Assembly (NCBI GenBank): GCA_951406725.2
Contig: OX597820.1
Span: 120,528,001-120,592,000, forward strand
Direction of reading: 5' to 3'
Source: Octopus vulgaris
Lineage: Eukaryota
Length of the DNA: 64,000 nucleotides
Each line of letters opens with the position of its first letter. The stretch's first letter is position 1. Under the pieces are notes generated by a model. That model did no database searches, was not told the origin of the DNA, and worked only from the letters and a program-made list of their open reading frames with translations. The position numbers and the translations under genes were made by a program. Of the stretch, positions 1-12,486 are shown piece after piece.

Positions 1-1190
1 CAGTAGTCCATGCGACTGAGGACGAATATCCTCCAGAGGACAATCATGGTTTCCTTATCTCTGATTCTGAAGGTTTTCAGGATCCATCTAGCCAACTGTC
101 TGCACTTTGCCGCCACCTTAGTAATGCGCACTTGGAGGCATCATCACTCATGTCGATACCCAGGTCACGCACGGATTTACGTTCTGAGATTGTAATCACC
201 CCCTGGACCCATGTACACGGAATGTTTTTACTTTCAAGTTTGGGTGCTGGTAGCGCAAGGTTTGGAATTTTCCCGCATTAAACTATATATTTTTGTCCTC
301 AGCGCATCTGTAAATTGCGTCCAGCTACCCCTGCAGGCGTGCATGATCGCCAGGGTTTTGTAATCTTTGCGGGCCTTTCATGTCCTCTGCGTGGCTAGCC
401 AGGATGGTTATCGGTGCAGCTGAAGGCTTGTCTGAGAGGGCCACTGTGAAAAGTAGTGGTCCTTAGAGAGTACCCTGTGGAACGCCACTCACTATTTGCG
501 TTTCTTGTAAGGTGGTACCATTGGCCACCACGGCCAATATAACTACTCACCCAGTTTTCCAGCTATGCCGAGACCACGCAGTTTGTGGCATATCATACCA
601 TGATCAACTTTATCAAAAGCTTTTGCAAAGTCAAGTTATATTACTTCTACATTTGAGTTCTCGAGTAACTGCTTCAACAGCCAGTCATACTATTGCAGGA
701 GGTGTGTTAGGAAGCCCCTTCCTGGTCGAAAACCACGCTGATTATCACTCAGCTAGACGTTTTCTTTAAGGAATGTTATTAGTTTCTCTCTGACTATTCA
801 TTCCATGATTTTGCTGATGTGTGAAGTTAGGGATTAGCCTATAATCTTTGGCATCTGCTCTGCTTTCTCCTTTATGGATTGGACATATTATTCTCTCCCT
901 GAGTTTGTTTAGCAGCTTGCCATGCGCAAAGAAAACTCTGGAAGAGAATCTGTTGTTGTTTTGCCCGGGCACATTTACACGATTTGAAGAGGATTACTGG
1001 GAAACCATCGGGGCCAGCAGCTGAGTTTATGTCCACCTCATCTATCGCTAGTATTATATTTTCTTCCCCAATGTAGAAGTAATCTATGGTAGCTGCCTCT
1101 CTGGTTGTAGGTGAGGCGGCGAAGAGATCCACTGGTTCGTTCACTTGTCTGGGTACCAAACGGGTAGCAAACACATTTGAACAGGTCATT
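1..1190 (-). mobile_element. Decayed CR1/Jockey-group LINE, ORF2 reverse transcriptase region (runs off window start)
   Basis: Manual minus-strand translation gives ordered RT motifs with stops/frameshifts: SAAGPDGFPVIL, ICPIHKGESRADAKDYR, NQRGFRPGRG, LDFAKAFDKVDH, SGVPQGTL*GPLLF, ASHAEDMK (decayed YADD), WILKTFRIRDKETM..SRMDY. Confidence 0.9.
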
Positions 1191-1260
1191 CAGTACTTCA
1201 CTGATCCTGGTGGGGTTATCTGTGAAGGAGTCTTTTTTTTAGAAAGGGGGTTATATTTTG

Positions 1261-1302
<42 letters not shown>

Positions 1303-1795
1303 ATATTGGTATGTTTATTTTAGTATATTTGTCTGCATGAACGCATCTGTCCAGGAAATGTAGGGAAAATTTTTTTTTTAATATTTAGTCTGGTGTATAT
1401 AATGAACACTTTTACAGCGTTTACATATCAGAATAAACTTATATATTTTTATTAACTTATATCATATTAGATGATTATATTACGCAAATAATGGAGAATA
1501 TATTATAATGAAAGCGAGAGAAACCTAGATAGATAAAGACAAAATGAGTTATAAATAGTGAAATGATATTTGAGGCAAAGCAAGTTATTGATTCTATTTG
1601 TGATATAACATTGTATGGATTCACTTCTGGTTTTGTTATGACGTAATATTTTTTTAAAAAATAGGAAACGCACTAGAACAAATATAGTTAGAAAGAAAGA
1701 ATTAATTTTATATAAGAATAATCAAGTCACTACGGGCAGAATATCAAACTTAATTTGTTCAGACAGCTGGGATATCTGGGGCAGTATGATAGTCG

Positions 1796-1852
<57 letters not shown>

Positions 1853-2123
1853 GCAATTGTTTTTGTTGTCTCAGTCATCCACGTCGTTATCATCATGATC
1901 ATCATGTTTCTTTAGTTTTAACTTTTACAATACTCTTATTTATTTATATGCTCTCTAACAATGTGTAAAATTGTGTAAAAATACTGTGTAAAAATACACG
2001 GTAAATAGCTTATTTGCAATGCTGAGGCAGAATCCGCTGTTTCGTACTCTTGCGTTATTGTGTAGAGCAATAGCGTACAATAAGCTACCGTTAAGACAAG
2101 AAGGTTACTGGCGAAGAAAGAGC

Positions 2124-2158
<35 letters not shown>

Positions 2159-2159
2159 T

Positions 2160-2246
<87 letters not shown>

Positions 2247-2254
2247 TATATATA

Positions 2255-2304
<50 letters not shown>

Positions 2305-2307
2305 GTC

Positions 2308-2450
2308 GTATTTGTAATGATTAGGAGAACGGAGCTTTTCCACATCTACAATTTTATTAAACAGTTATTTATATCATTGTTTTCGGTAACCAACTGTTTA
2401 ATGAAATTATAGATGTGGAAAAGCTCCGTCCTCCTAATCATTACAAATAC
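2308..2450. repeat. Short inverted repeat (59-bp arms, 25-bp spacer)
   Basis: 2308-2366 is the near-perfect reverse complement of 2392-2450. Confidence 0.9.
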
Positions 2451-2460
2451 TATACATATA

Positions 2461-2806
2461 CTAGCACTATGACCCGGCAACACCAGGTCATAGTGCTAGT
2501 GCATGTATATACAGCTGCATGCGTGCGCACATACACGCGAGTACTGTCCAAATCTTCGACCAATTACATACAGCTAGCTGGCATTCAATTGGCGTATCAA
2601 GTTTCGGGCATTTTGATTGGGTTTTGGATAGAAAATTCACAAAAAAGTAACTGCTATTGATTTTTAATGGTGTTGCGGGGTGACTGGGGACATGTAAAGA
2701 TATGCACGACCACCCTTGGACGGTTTTGAATGACCATAGAAAGTGCGAGCTCTCTAACTGAAAAATTGTGGATTTGTATAAAGGACACACACACAGACAT
2801 TTTGCC

Positions 2807-2820
<14 letters not shown>
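2461..2820 (-). mobile_element. Non-autonomous Helitron-like element
   Basis: CTAG terminus with strong hairpin ctagcactatgacc..ggtcatagtgctag (2461-2499); other end (acacacacagac..tttatatata) parallels the Helitron at 10788. Confidence 0.55.
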
Positions 2821-2863
<43 letters not shown>

Positions 2864-3790
2864 GGATAATAAAACGAATGGTTTACACCTGGTAGCGTAC
2901 TGCTAAAGCACGGTCACTATCACTGTGATTGTCATGTACATGCCAAATGAAAGACAGAAGTTGGAATATATGAGAATTTATTATCAATCATGACAATTGT
3001 TTGGAGACATCTAATGGACGTGTTCAGAGTACATAAGGCGCCAGAGAATTGTAACTTCGTCGTTGATGACTGGAAAACTCTATCCATTGTGTAAGTTTAC
3101 AATTCTCTTGCTTAACTTAATACAAACATATCCTGAGTATGTTTAGGAGGAGTGAAGCTGCTAAAAGCGCAACGAATCATTGGCTCGCAACAATATCTAT
3201 TTTCTTCATCACTAGGAAAGTCACTTTAGTTGAAACCATAAAGTAAACCAAGAGATAAAACTCATCCTAAAGAGAATCTAGGAAGAAGACCAGAGCCTGA
3301 TGCAGCTGGATCTTCGTTTATAGGCAGGTGGTAATTCGCATAAATATTCGCTCTAGCTTCGTGTTTAGTTTTCTAAAGTTTTTTTCCTTGCTTTTCTCTG
3401 TCGTGCTGGTATCTAGCAATGTGACTATTTCGATCAGCTTCTAATCGCTACATGTGAACAATATAATCTATTCACGTCACCTTTTATTTCTACAAATGAA
3501 AGACGACAGCATATAGGAATCTCAGCGAAACTGAATAAGCTTGCCTTCATTAAAATAATTTTGTAACACACAGAAAGTAAAGATTCTATTCCGTAATAAT
3601 TCTGAAACTAATTACATAATTATACATTCAGAAATTAAATCGCTTGCAAAACTCTTCTGCATTATTTGATACAATTAATTCACTAATTTAACAGATTTAC
3701 AAACAAAATAATAGAAAATTCGGAAATTGCAAAATGAATCCTCATATAATATATGTATGTATATATGTATGTATGTATGCATTTGCATAT

Positions 3791-3855
<65 letters not shown>

Positions 3856-3955
3856 TATATGTTATTATATCGATGTATATATGTGCACATTTATATATAC
3901 ATACAACACGCATAGATGCATGCATACATACACACGTACATATATATATATATAT

Positions 3956-4059
3956 AAAGGTGAAAAAGTAAATGAATTATCAAAGATTGCACCCACTCAG
4001 TGACATTTGGACCGCTCTATATATAGATACATAGGCAGATATATAGTTATACATATATA

Positions 4060-4105
<46 letters not shown>

Positions 4106-4209
4106 TATATATGTATAACTATATATCTGCCTATGTATCTATATATAGAGCGGTCCAAATGTCACTGAGTGGGTGCAATCTTTGATAATTCATTTACTTT
4201 TTCACCTTT
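3956..4209. repeat. Perfect 254-bp palindrome centred on (AT)20
   Basis: 3956-4062 is the exact reverse complement of 4103-4209; centre 4063-4102 is (AT)n. Confidence 0.95.
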
Positions 4210-4229
4210 TTTGTTTTGGGGGATGTCAT

Positions 4230-4775
4230 GGACTAGATCCTGGAAATTACTATGGAAAAATAAGGCACTGCACAACGCATCCATTTAATCAAATCCAGAG
4301 AGTACCAAAGAGAATTGCACCACATAAAGTGCATAGTGTGTTGTGCAATCATATTGAATGAGATAATCGGGCCTTATTTATTTGAGGACGATGGTTAAAA
4401 TGCTGTCGCCGTGACTGGTGAGCAGTGAAGGTCCATGATCGAGAACCTTCTGCGTCCGACCATTCGCAATTGGCCCGATCTATGCTTCCAGCAAGATGTG
4501 GTAATTGTTCATATCGCGAAAGATAAAATATAGTTATAGAGGCAATATTTTGGACAAAGAACCGTCTCTCGCCACTGCGATACCCAAACTTGACAAGCCC
4601 TGACTTGTGGCAGTACCTCAAGGAGGTTTATGGGAACAAACCAGAAACACTGGAGCAATTGAAGAAAATTATCACTAGAGAAACCCTTACAGCTGTCATG
4701 GAACATATTTTTTAGATGACACGGATGTGTGAAGCTGAAAATGGATGCCATTTAGAAGATGCCATTTTCATAGGT
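4230..4775 (+). mobile_element. Decayed Tc1/mariner-superfamily transposase fragment
   Basis: Piecewise translation: IIGPY..FEDDG..VTGE, FQQD..H.A, FGQRTVSR, NLTSPDLWQYLKEVYGNKPETLEQLK, ENGCHLEDAIF (SPDL-type C-terminal region). Confidence 0.75.
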
Positions 4776-5904
4776 AACGAACTATATCTATATAGTTGCT
4801 TGATATTTTGAAAATGAAAAGTTGGTGTCTAACCAAACTGAATTGCATATTTCCCTGAGAAATTTTTTAACCTAGTGGCTATAGACCCTTTCTGTGTGTT
4901 GAGCTGTTTTGGTTATTGGCCTAGTTGTTCGAAGAGCGTACACTAAGCGAACCAAGCACAACTCTCATTTCGCATACGCATCCCATGCTTCGTTTCCCTT
5001 CTCTTCACACATATGGCCCAGCAATGTATATTCTTTAGCATCTCGGAGACCCTATTTATCCAATATGTTCTCCTTCCTCGTTGTGATAAGTAATACTACT
5101 TCTTACCGTCAACCCTAGAAACCTGATCTAACTTAAGACCAAAAATGTAGATCGGTCTTAAATCCAAGGTAACGGATTCTTTCTTTTACAGCTGAAATTA
5201 GTCGACGCTTATGTTTGTTTAAAAATGGCCGTGCTCCAGTTCCTGCATTCATTCTCATGTTGTTCTTCTTGGTGTTATTATTTTGGCAACCCACCGCCGC
5301 CCTACCTACAATTGTTTTCGTAGTTCTTTCGTTTTGTTAATTGTATTGGTGCTGTGAACGCTGTTGCTATTAATAATACATCTTTTCTTTTTTTTTACCT
5401 TCATCCTCTACTTTCTCCTCTCCCTCTCAATATCAACACCATCATAATCGTGACCATCACCATCACTATGATGATGATAAAGGACGATCATCATCACCAT
5501 CATCATCATCATCATCATCATCGTATATAGCGGCAGCATGTGCACCATCATCATTGTAATTATCATGGTCATTGCAGTCGTCGTCGTCGTCGTCATGCTC
5601 ATTATAATCTTAATAGTTCTCGTTATTATCCTCTTCATATTATTGTTGGTGGCCACCTCTACCGCCGCTGCTGCTGCTGCTGCTGCTACTGCTACTGATA
5701 ATGATTAAGTTGTTGATGATGAGGACGATGATGATGTTGAAGCTGTTTAAGTCTCGCAACAGATGAAACGGAAGTCAATCATTTTAACAACCATAATTCA
5801 ATATTTCAACAGATTCTCAATTACAACTAGTGTAGTTCTTAGCTTTGATGTTTTGCTTTGATGTACCGCCTCCGATACGTACACACCTACACATACTCTT
5901 CATG

Positions 5905-5966
<62 letters not shown>

Positions 5967-6502
5967 CATCGCTACTGTCATAAACACAGATACATGCACA
6001 TACACACATACACACACACACACAATCGAACACGCATACGCTCTGCTATGGCAACAGAAGTCGATGCCGCCACACAGACATCGGCAGCTTTAGCTTTGCT
6101 GAACAATAAACACTTTTCTTCCTAATTGGACGTAATCACACATACAATGGAAACTACAAAACAACTGACTGATACGTGGACTTACACACAACTTTGTTGT
6201 TGTTATTGTTATTGCTGTTGTGGTTTTCACTGTTGTTGTTGTTGTTGTTGTTATTGTTATCGCTGCTGCTGCTGTTACTGTTGTTGTCATATCACCATCG
6301 TCGTCGTCGTCGTCGTCGTTCTTTAGCCCCGAGTGAAGCCTGACACAGCAGACCTATAAACGGAATTGTTCAGTGTATGATCAACCTGTACTTTTCTGGG
6401 ACGTATCTATCCAGGATAACATTTTCCAGTTTGTCATTTGTTTCCATGATGTGTACTTCAAATGTGATTCTGTTGTTATTTTTAGGAGATAGAGCAACCC
6501 TT

Positions 6503-6937
6503 GGATCTTTTCGGTTTGAACGGCAGTTTTTAACATAATTTCTAGGTAACTAAAAAATTTTAAACTTCGTATACTGGTAGAATGTGTTTATAAAACATAT
6601 TCTTCTCTTGGCTTTATTGAGAAAATTCTATAGTTTGTAAGATATTTGTTGGTTTTGTTTTCAATTTCTGGAATTTTAACCAATCAGTGACGTCTATTGA
6701 GGTAAAAATTATTCTGTGCCGTATGAAAATATCCCTCGTTTAAGAAACAAATTGGGTTTATTTACATTTGTGAAGAAAAAAAAAGATACCCTTCACCCCC
6801 ACCCTTAACCCTAACCCTAACTAACCCTAGCCCTAAAATAGATTGAAATGCAATAGATCGATACTAGGGTCATAATTATGGGTGACAATTTCATATGACA
6901 CTGCTAGAAAAAACTGCCGTTCAAACCGAAAAGATGC
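6503..6937 (+). mobile_element. MITE copy 1 (GG-ended TIRs, 8-bp TSD; Merlin-like non-autonomous DNA transposon)
   Basis: TIR GGATCTTTTCGGTTTGAACGGCAGTTTTT at both ends; TSD CAACCCTT at 6495-6502 and 6938-6945; internal CCCTAA units. Confidence 0.92.
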
Positions 6938-7180
6938 CAACCCTTTAAATATAAGTGCTGTTGTAAACAATCCTTTGACGGGGTCTAATACCTGATAGCC
7001 TCCTTTATTTATACTCCCAGGCAGCCACTTTCTTAGCTGATGTTTCTGGCAGCTACAATCATGCTATCTAGTATTTTGCCTTTACCATTTTCTGTTTAGT
7101 AGTTATTCACCTAATGAACCCTTCCATTTCCAAATAGACATAATGAGAAATGGAAGAGGATGTGGTTGCTATTTCTATAT

Positions 7181-7602
7181 ACTCTCTTTACTCTTTACTC
7201 TTTTACTTGTTTCAGTCATTTGACTGCGGCCATGCTGGAGCACCGCCTTTAGTCGAGCAGCTCGACTCCGAGACTTATTCTTTTAGTAAGCCCAGTACTT
7301 ATTCTATCGGTCTCTTTTGCCGAACCGCTAAGTAACGGGGACATAAACACACCAGCATCGGTTGTCAAGCAAAGCTAGGGGGACAAACACAGACACACAA
7401 ACACACACACGCATATATATATATATACATATATATACGACGGGCTTCTTTTCAGTTTCCGTCTACCAAATCCACTCACAAGGCTTTGGTCGGCCCGAGG
7501 CTATAGTAGAAGACACTTGCCAAAGGTGCCACGCAGTGGGACTGAACCCGGAACCATGTGGTTAGTAAACAAGCTACTTACCACACAGCCACTTCTGCAC
7601 CT
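7181..7602 (-). mobile_element. tRNA-derived SINE family A, full length
   Basis: A-box TGGCTGTGTGG, B-box GGTTCAGTCCC, internal (TA)/(TG) tract, GTAAAAGA-repeat tail; at least six similar copies in window. Confidence 0.9.
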
Positions 7603-7772
7603 ATATTAGTGTGACAAATTTCACATTTTTGTCAAAAGTTGATATATTTGTGAACTCCGCGTCTTATTCTCAAGAACACTTATTTTGAAGTATATTATTC
7701 AATTCGCATTGTCTGTGTAAGTGGTAACGCTGCTATTTGATTCGAATGTGAATTATATGTACATTAAGTGAA

Positions 7773-8112
7773 GGCGCATGGCTCAGTGGTTAGAGCGTCG
7801 GGCTTACGATCGTGAGGTTGTGAGCTCGAATCCCGGACCGGGCTGCGTGTTGTGTTCTCGAGCAAGGCACTTTATTTCACGTTGCTCCAGTTCACTCAGC
7901 TGTAGAAATGAGTTGCGACGTCACTGGTGCCAAGCTGTATCGACCTTTGTCTTTCCCTTGGATAACACTGGTGGCGTGGAGAGGGGAGGCTGGTATGCAT
8001 GGGCGACTGCTGGTCTTCCATAAACAACCTTGCCCAGACTTGTGTCTAGGAGGGTAACTTTCTAGGTGCAATCTCATGGTCATTCATGACCGAAGGGGGT
8101 CTTTACCCCTTT
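7773..8112 (+). mobile_element. tRNA-derived SINE family C
   Basis: Head GGCGCATGGCTCAGTGGTTAGAGCG..CTCGAATCCC; body recurs inverted at 59822-60060. Confidence 0.85.
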
Positions 8113-8352
8113 TAAGTAGTTCGAACTAGATTCTACTCCGGTTAATATATTGTGGAGGATGTCACATGATGATTGTAATTGCGGCTGTGGTGACGCATTT
8201 GGTAGCCACATTTCTGTCAGCTTTTCTGCCTTCACATAAGATGTATCTTTTCTGTTCTTTATTATTGACGCTTAATAGTTATGCAAATAATGACGATAAA
8301 TTGGTGTTGACGTAATAATCGCCGGTAGTGCAGCTGGTATTTGGCGATCTAA

Positions 8353-9128
8353 GGCGGCGAGATGGCAGAAACGTTAGCACGCCGGGCGAAATGCTTAGCG
8401 GTATTGCGTCTGCGTTACGTTGTGAGTTCAAATTCCGCCGATGTCGACTTTGCCTTTTGTCCTTTCGGGGTCGATAAATTAAGTACCAGTTACGCACTGG
8501 GGCCGATGTAATCGACTTAATACCTATATCTGTCCTTGTTTATCCCCTTTATGTTTACCCTCTTGTGGGTAATAAAGAAATAGGTATTTTTCTGCGTTAC
8601 GTTGTGAGTTGAAATTCCGCCGAGGTCGACTTTGCCTTTTTGTCCTTTCGGGGTCGATAAATTAAGTACCAGTTACGCACTGGGGCCGATGTAATCGACT
8701 TAATACCTATATCTGTCCTTGTTTATCCCCTTTATGTTTACCCTCTTGTGGGTAATAAAGAAATAGGTATTTTTCTGCGTTACGTTGTGAGTTGAAATTC
8801 CGCCGAGGTCGACTTTGCCATTTGTCCTTTCGGGGTCGATAAATTAAGTACCAGTTACGCACTGGGGTCGATGTAATCGACTTAATACCTATATCTGTCC
8901 TTGTTTATCCCCTCTATGTTTAGCCCCTTGTGGGTAATAAAAAATAGGTATTTTTCTGCGTTACGTTGTGAGTTGAAATTCCGCCGAGGTCGACTTTGCC
9001 ATTTGTCCTTTCGGGGTCGATAAATTAAGTACCAGTCACGCACTGGGGTCGATGTAATCGACTTAATACCTATGTATGTCCTTGTTTGTCCCCTCTGTGT
9101 TTAGCCCCTTGTGGGTAATAAAGAAATA
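8353..9128 (+). mobile_element. SINE family B with four tandem ~182-bp body units
   Basis: One head followed by units recurring at 8411, 8593, 8776, 8957; 17-bp TSD GGTATTTGGCGATCTAA at 8336-8352 and 9129-9145. Confidence 0.92.
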
Positions 9129-10302
9129 GGTATTTGGCGATCTAACCGGGACCGCCTTCTTTATTTATATCAAGTACGACATAGTACAATGTATCTTATC
9201 AAAAGAAGCAGTAGATGTGTGATTTGAGTGGCTGAATAAATGTGTTTTTCTAACAGGACACGCAACAATCAAGAGAGGCTCTTACTGGTTCGTTGGGACT
9301 AATACTAAGCATTTCTAATTTTAGTAGCAACTCAACTCCTATCGAACATACCCATGATCAATGCCCTGCTACGTATAACCACTCCAGTGGTATTCGTATG
9401 TAACGTACCTCGGAGAGCAAGAATAAATATATTCAATTGTAAGTTGGTAAATATCATAAGAGATTTGGCTACTTTTTCTAGTAAATCGAAAACCCGTAAA
9501 CTTTCCTGGTTAACATTTACTGGTTGTTTGTGTGTATGGCTACGAATGTTCTTTCAGGTAGCAGCTGGACTAAAGCTATTAGTAAAAGCGCATGTATAAT
9601 TGTTTAGACCCATGTCAGGCCTGATTCAAAGAACCTTCAATATTATTCCCGTCATACGAAAATCCCATTTTTGCAGCAGTGTTTCTTATTGCATTATTCA
9701 TTGCCCTCACCTTTCAAATTCAAGATCGACAACTGTAAGGGCTGATTCTGCATCTATTTGTGTACGTCAGGCAAGTAAACACATCAGGATTTTCAGACTG
9801 ATGCTTCAATAATTGAGTTAATAATAGCGGTGTTAATTTTCCTATAAATATTTGCAGTTGGTATCGATTATTGATAAACTGTTAGTGTAGTTTTTATTGA
9901 TGCTTTGATAGTAAGAATATTGTTGTTATGGCAGTAACGGATAAAATACTTTTAAGGGTGTTACTAACAGTTTCTATTGTTTAAATTCATGTCTAAGGGA
10001 TTTATAAAAAAGAACAACAAAAAAAATCGATATAGCAGCCATGATAATTTCTTTAATTGAATTTCATGGATAAACTTGTAATGAAATCCTTCTTTACTAC
10101 TTGACTAGGGACAGGAAATACGTGTTCTTAGCAATTCTGCTGCTATTTCAAGCTGATCGAGTGATGACGAAGAGAATCCTGCGTTGACAGAAACTCCTCT
10201 TGACAGAAGATGCAGTTCCAAAATTAGATGATATAGCGGAATATTTATCTCTATGGGGAAGCTGGAGATTTTGCTGAAAAAGGCGGTGTTTCTTATATAT
10301 AA

Positions 10303-10434
10303 TGTTTGTCCCCACATCATCGCTTGACAACCGATGCTGGTGTGTTTACGTCGCCGTAACTTAGCAGTTCGGCAAAAGAAACCGATAGAATAAGTACCAG
10401 ACTTACAAAGAATAAGCCCTGGGTCGATTTGCTC
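10303..10434 (+). mobile_element. SINE family A internal/3' fragment
   Basis: Matches the 3' half of the family A copies. Confidence 0.85.
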
Positions 10435-10435
10435 A

Positions 10436-10600
10436 GTCACCTAGACTACTGCTCCCAGTAATGGTCACTACATAGCACCAAACTAATGTCGGAGCTTGAA
10501 GCAACCTACAACACTAAAAGGAATGGAATAGTGCAGCGCATGAGCTACAGGAATAATCTGACGAAACAGCTTCTTTCTCCCCCTGGAGCAAAGGGGTTTC
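10436..10600 (+). mobile_element. CR1/Jockey-group LINE fragment (post-RT region)
   Basis: LDYCSQ*WSLHSTKLMSELE, continuing the RMDY motif seen at the window start. Confidence 0.55.
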
Positions 10601-10787
10601 TGTTAAATCAAAAGATTCTAGGGTAGCCTGCGTTCTGTTGAATGATAATTACGCTGTATGGTAGGTTGTGGTGGCCAGATGGAACGGAAGACGTGCAAAT
10701 TGCTCCAATGATACCAGTAGAACTTGGTAATAATTTACGTATATCTATGTGTGTCAGCTTCAAGATACGAGAAGGGTTTATAAACAA

Positions 10788-11189
10788 CTAGCAGTATCGC
10801 CCGGCGTTGCTCGGGTTTGTAAAGGAAATAATTATATAAGCATTTTTAGAGAGTTATAGCCAAAAAATAGCAAAAAATGCATTAAAAATGGGAAAAAAAA
10901 TGATGGTAAATTTTTTTTGAAATCGTTGACGTATCGTAGACATTTTTAGAGAGTTACTTCCCTTATATAATAGCGGAAAAAATGCATTAAAATGGAAAAA
11001 ATGATGGTAAACTATTTTAAAAATCGTAGACTCATCGTAGACGCGCGCTAATAACAAGAAGGGCTCGATATGAATCACGACTATAAGATACTCGGTTTTG
11101 GTTAAACTGCACCGCAAAATGTGGGAGTAGTTAGGAATCTAAATCGAAGGGGACAGATACTCACACAACTGCACTTTTATATATAAAGA
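10788..11189 (-). mobile_element. Non-autonomous Helitron
   Basis: Minus strand begins A|TC and ends with hairpin CCCGAGCAACGCCGGG then CTAG|T; internal ~100-bp tandem duplication (10841-11042). Confidence 0.85.
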
Positions 11190-11293
11190 TGTTGCCGGGT
11201 TGTTGTTTAGTGAATCTGTTATTGGGTTTGGTTGCTGTCGGTTTTATTTTCATATTAATAGGATATTTACTTTTGGATTGAGAATATGTATAA

Positions 11294-11504
11294 TCAATGA
11301 TTCGATTGCTAATGTTATAAGAACTATATAATGTTGTATATAATGTTATAAGACCTATCACTCATGAAATGTTAATACATGTGTACATTCGTATGTGTGA
11401 AGTGAGGCACAGAGAAATCTACGTATATCACACATATAAATGCATAATACATACATATTTGTGTGTATGTTGCACGCATCGTGTACATCTTTGTCAGTAT
11501 ATCT

Positions 11505-11545
<41 letters not shown>

Positions 11546-11649
11546 ATATACGCAGATTATTCTATGCCTCACTTCACACATACGAACGTACAGATGTATC
11601 AACATTGCATGAGTGCTAGGTCTTGTAACATTAGCAATCGAATCATTGA
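11294..11649. repeat. Diverged inverted repeat flanking a TA/TG microsatellite spacer
   Basis: 11294-11434 vs 11540-11649 are reverse complements with mismatches and a short insertion in the left arm. Confidence 0.85.
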
Positions 11650-11889
11650 GTAAATTGCTTTTGCCATTCATTCTTGTATATAGCGAATGGAGAGCACGAT
11701 CTAGCACCCAGAATAATCACCTGAAGTAACTCTGGTGGCAGGCACTACGCAGCATCTCACCAATGTACTACGTTACGGGGGTAACATATGCATTTGCATC
11801 TCTCCCTCCCTCTCTCTCTTACTCTCTCTTTTTGTATGTCTGTCTGTCTGTCTGTCTCTATCTATCTATTTATATAATTAATCCGCCAA

Positions 11890-12065
11890 AATGAAGAAGA
11901 AAAAACAATTCGGGGACGTGGTACATGCAAAGTCTTAAAAGACGTTCAGGGAAAGAAAGAAAGTTTGTATTACTTTTCGAGCAAAGATCTTCTTCAGAAA
12001 CAGGAGACAGAGGAAAGACCAAGAGAGAAGCAAGATGGAGGAAAGAAATCGCCAATAATCCACAT
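11890..12065 (-). mobile_element. Penelope pLTR-like repeat fragment with decayed hammerhead motif
   Basis: Homologous to 42005-42180; minus strand CTGAAGA-A..GCTC-GAAA at 11970-11997. Confidence 0.5.
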
Positions 12066-12099
12066 ACATGTGTATATACGTGTATATAATAGTTCAAAT

Positions 12100-12486
12100 G
12101 TGGAAGCACTCCGTCGGTTACGACGACGAGGGTTCCGGTTGATCCGATCAACGGAACAGCCAGCTCGTGAAATTAACGTGTAAGTGGCTGAGTACTCCAC
12201 AGACACGTGTAACCTTAACGTAGTTCTCGGGGATATTCAGCGTGACACAGAGAGTGACAAAGCCGGTCCTTTGAAATACAGGTACAACAGAAACAGGAAG
12301 TAAGAGTGAGAGAAAGTTGTGGTGAAAGAGTACAGCAGGGATCGTCACCATCCCCTGCCGGAGCTTCGTGGAGCTTTAGGTGTTTTCGCTCAATAAACAC
12401 TCACAACGCCCGGTCTGGGAATCGAAGCCACGATCCTACGACCGCGAGTTCGCTGCCCTAACCACTGGGCCATTGCGCTTCCACAA
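12100..12486 (-). mobile_element. tRNA-derived SINE family D, full length
   Basis: Head GCGCAATGGCCCAGTGGTTAGGGCAG..TTCGATTCCC; 12-bp TSD AATAGTTCAAAT at 12088-12099 and 12487-12498. Confidence 0.92.

Noticed and set aside
7773-7850. tRNA gene (also the heads at 12415-12486 and 20335-20405)
   Set aside because: A/B boxes are present but run into repeated SINE bodies, with no closing acceptor stem
8409-9135. Regular array as a possible CRISPR
   Set aside because: Whole ~182-bp units repeat with no unique spacers; SINE-derived; eukaryotic context with no cas genes
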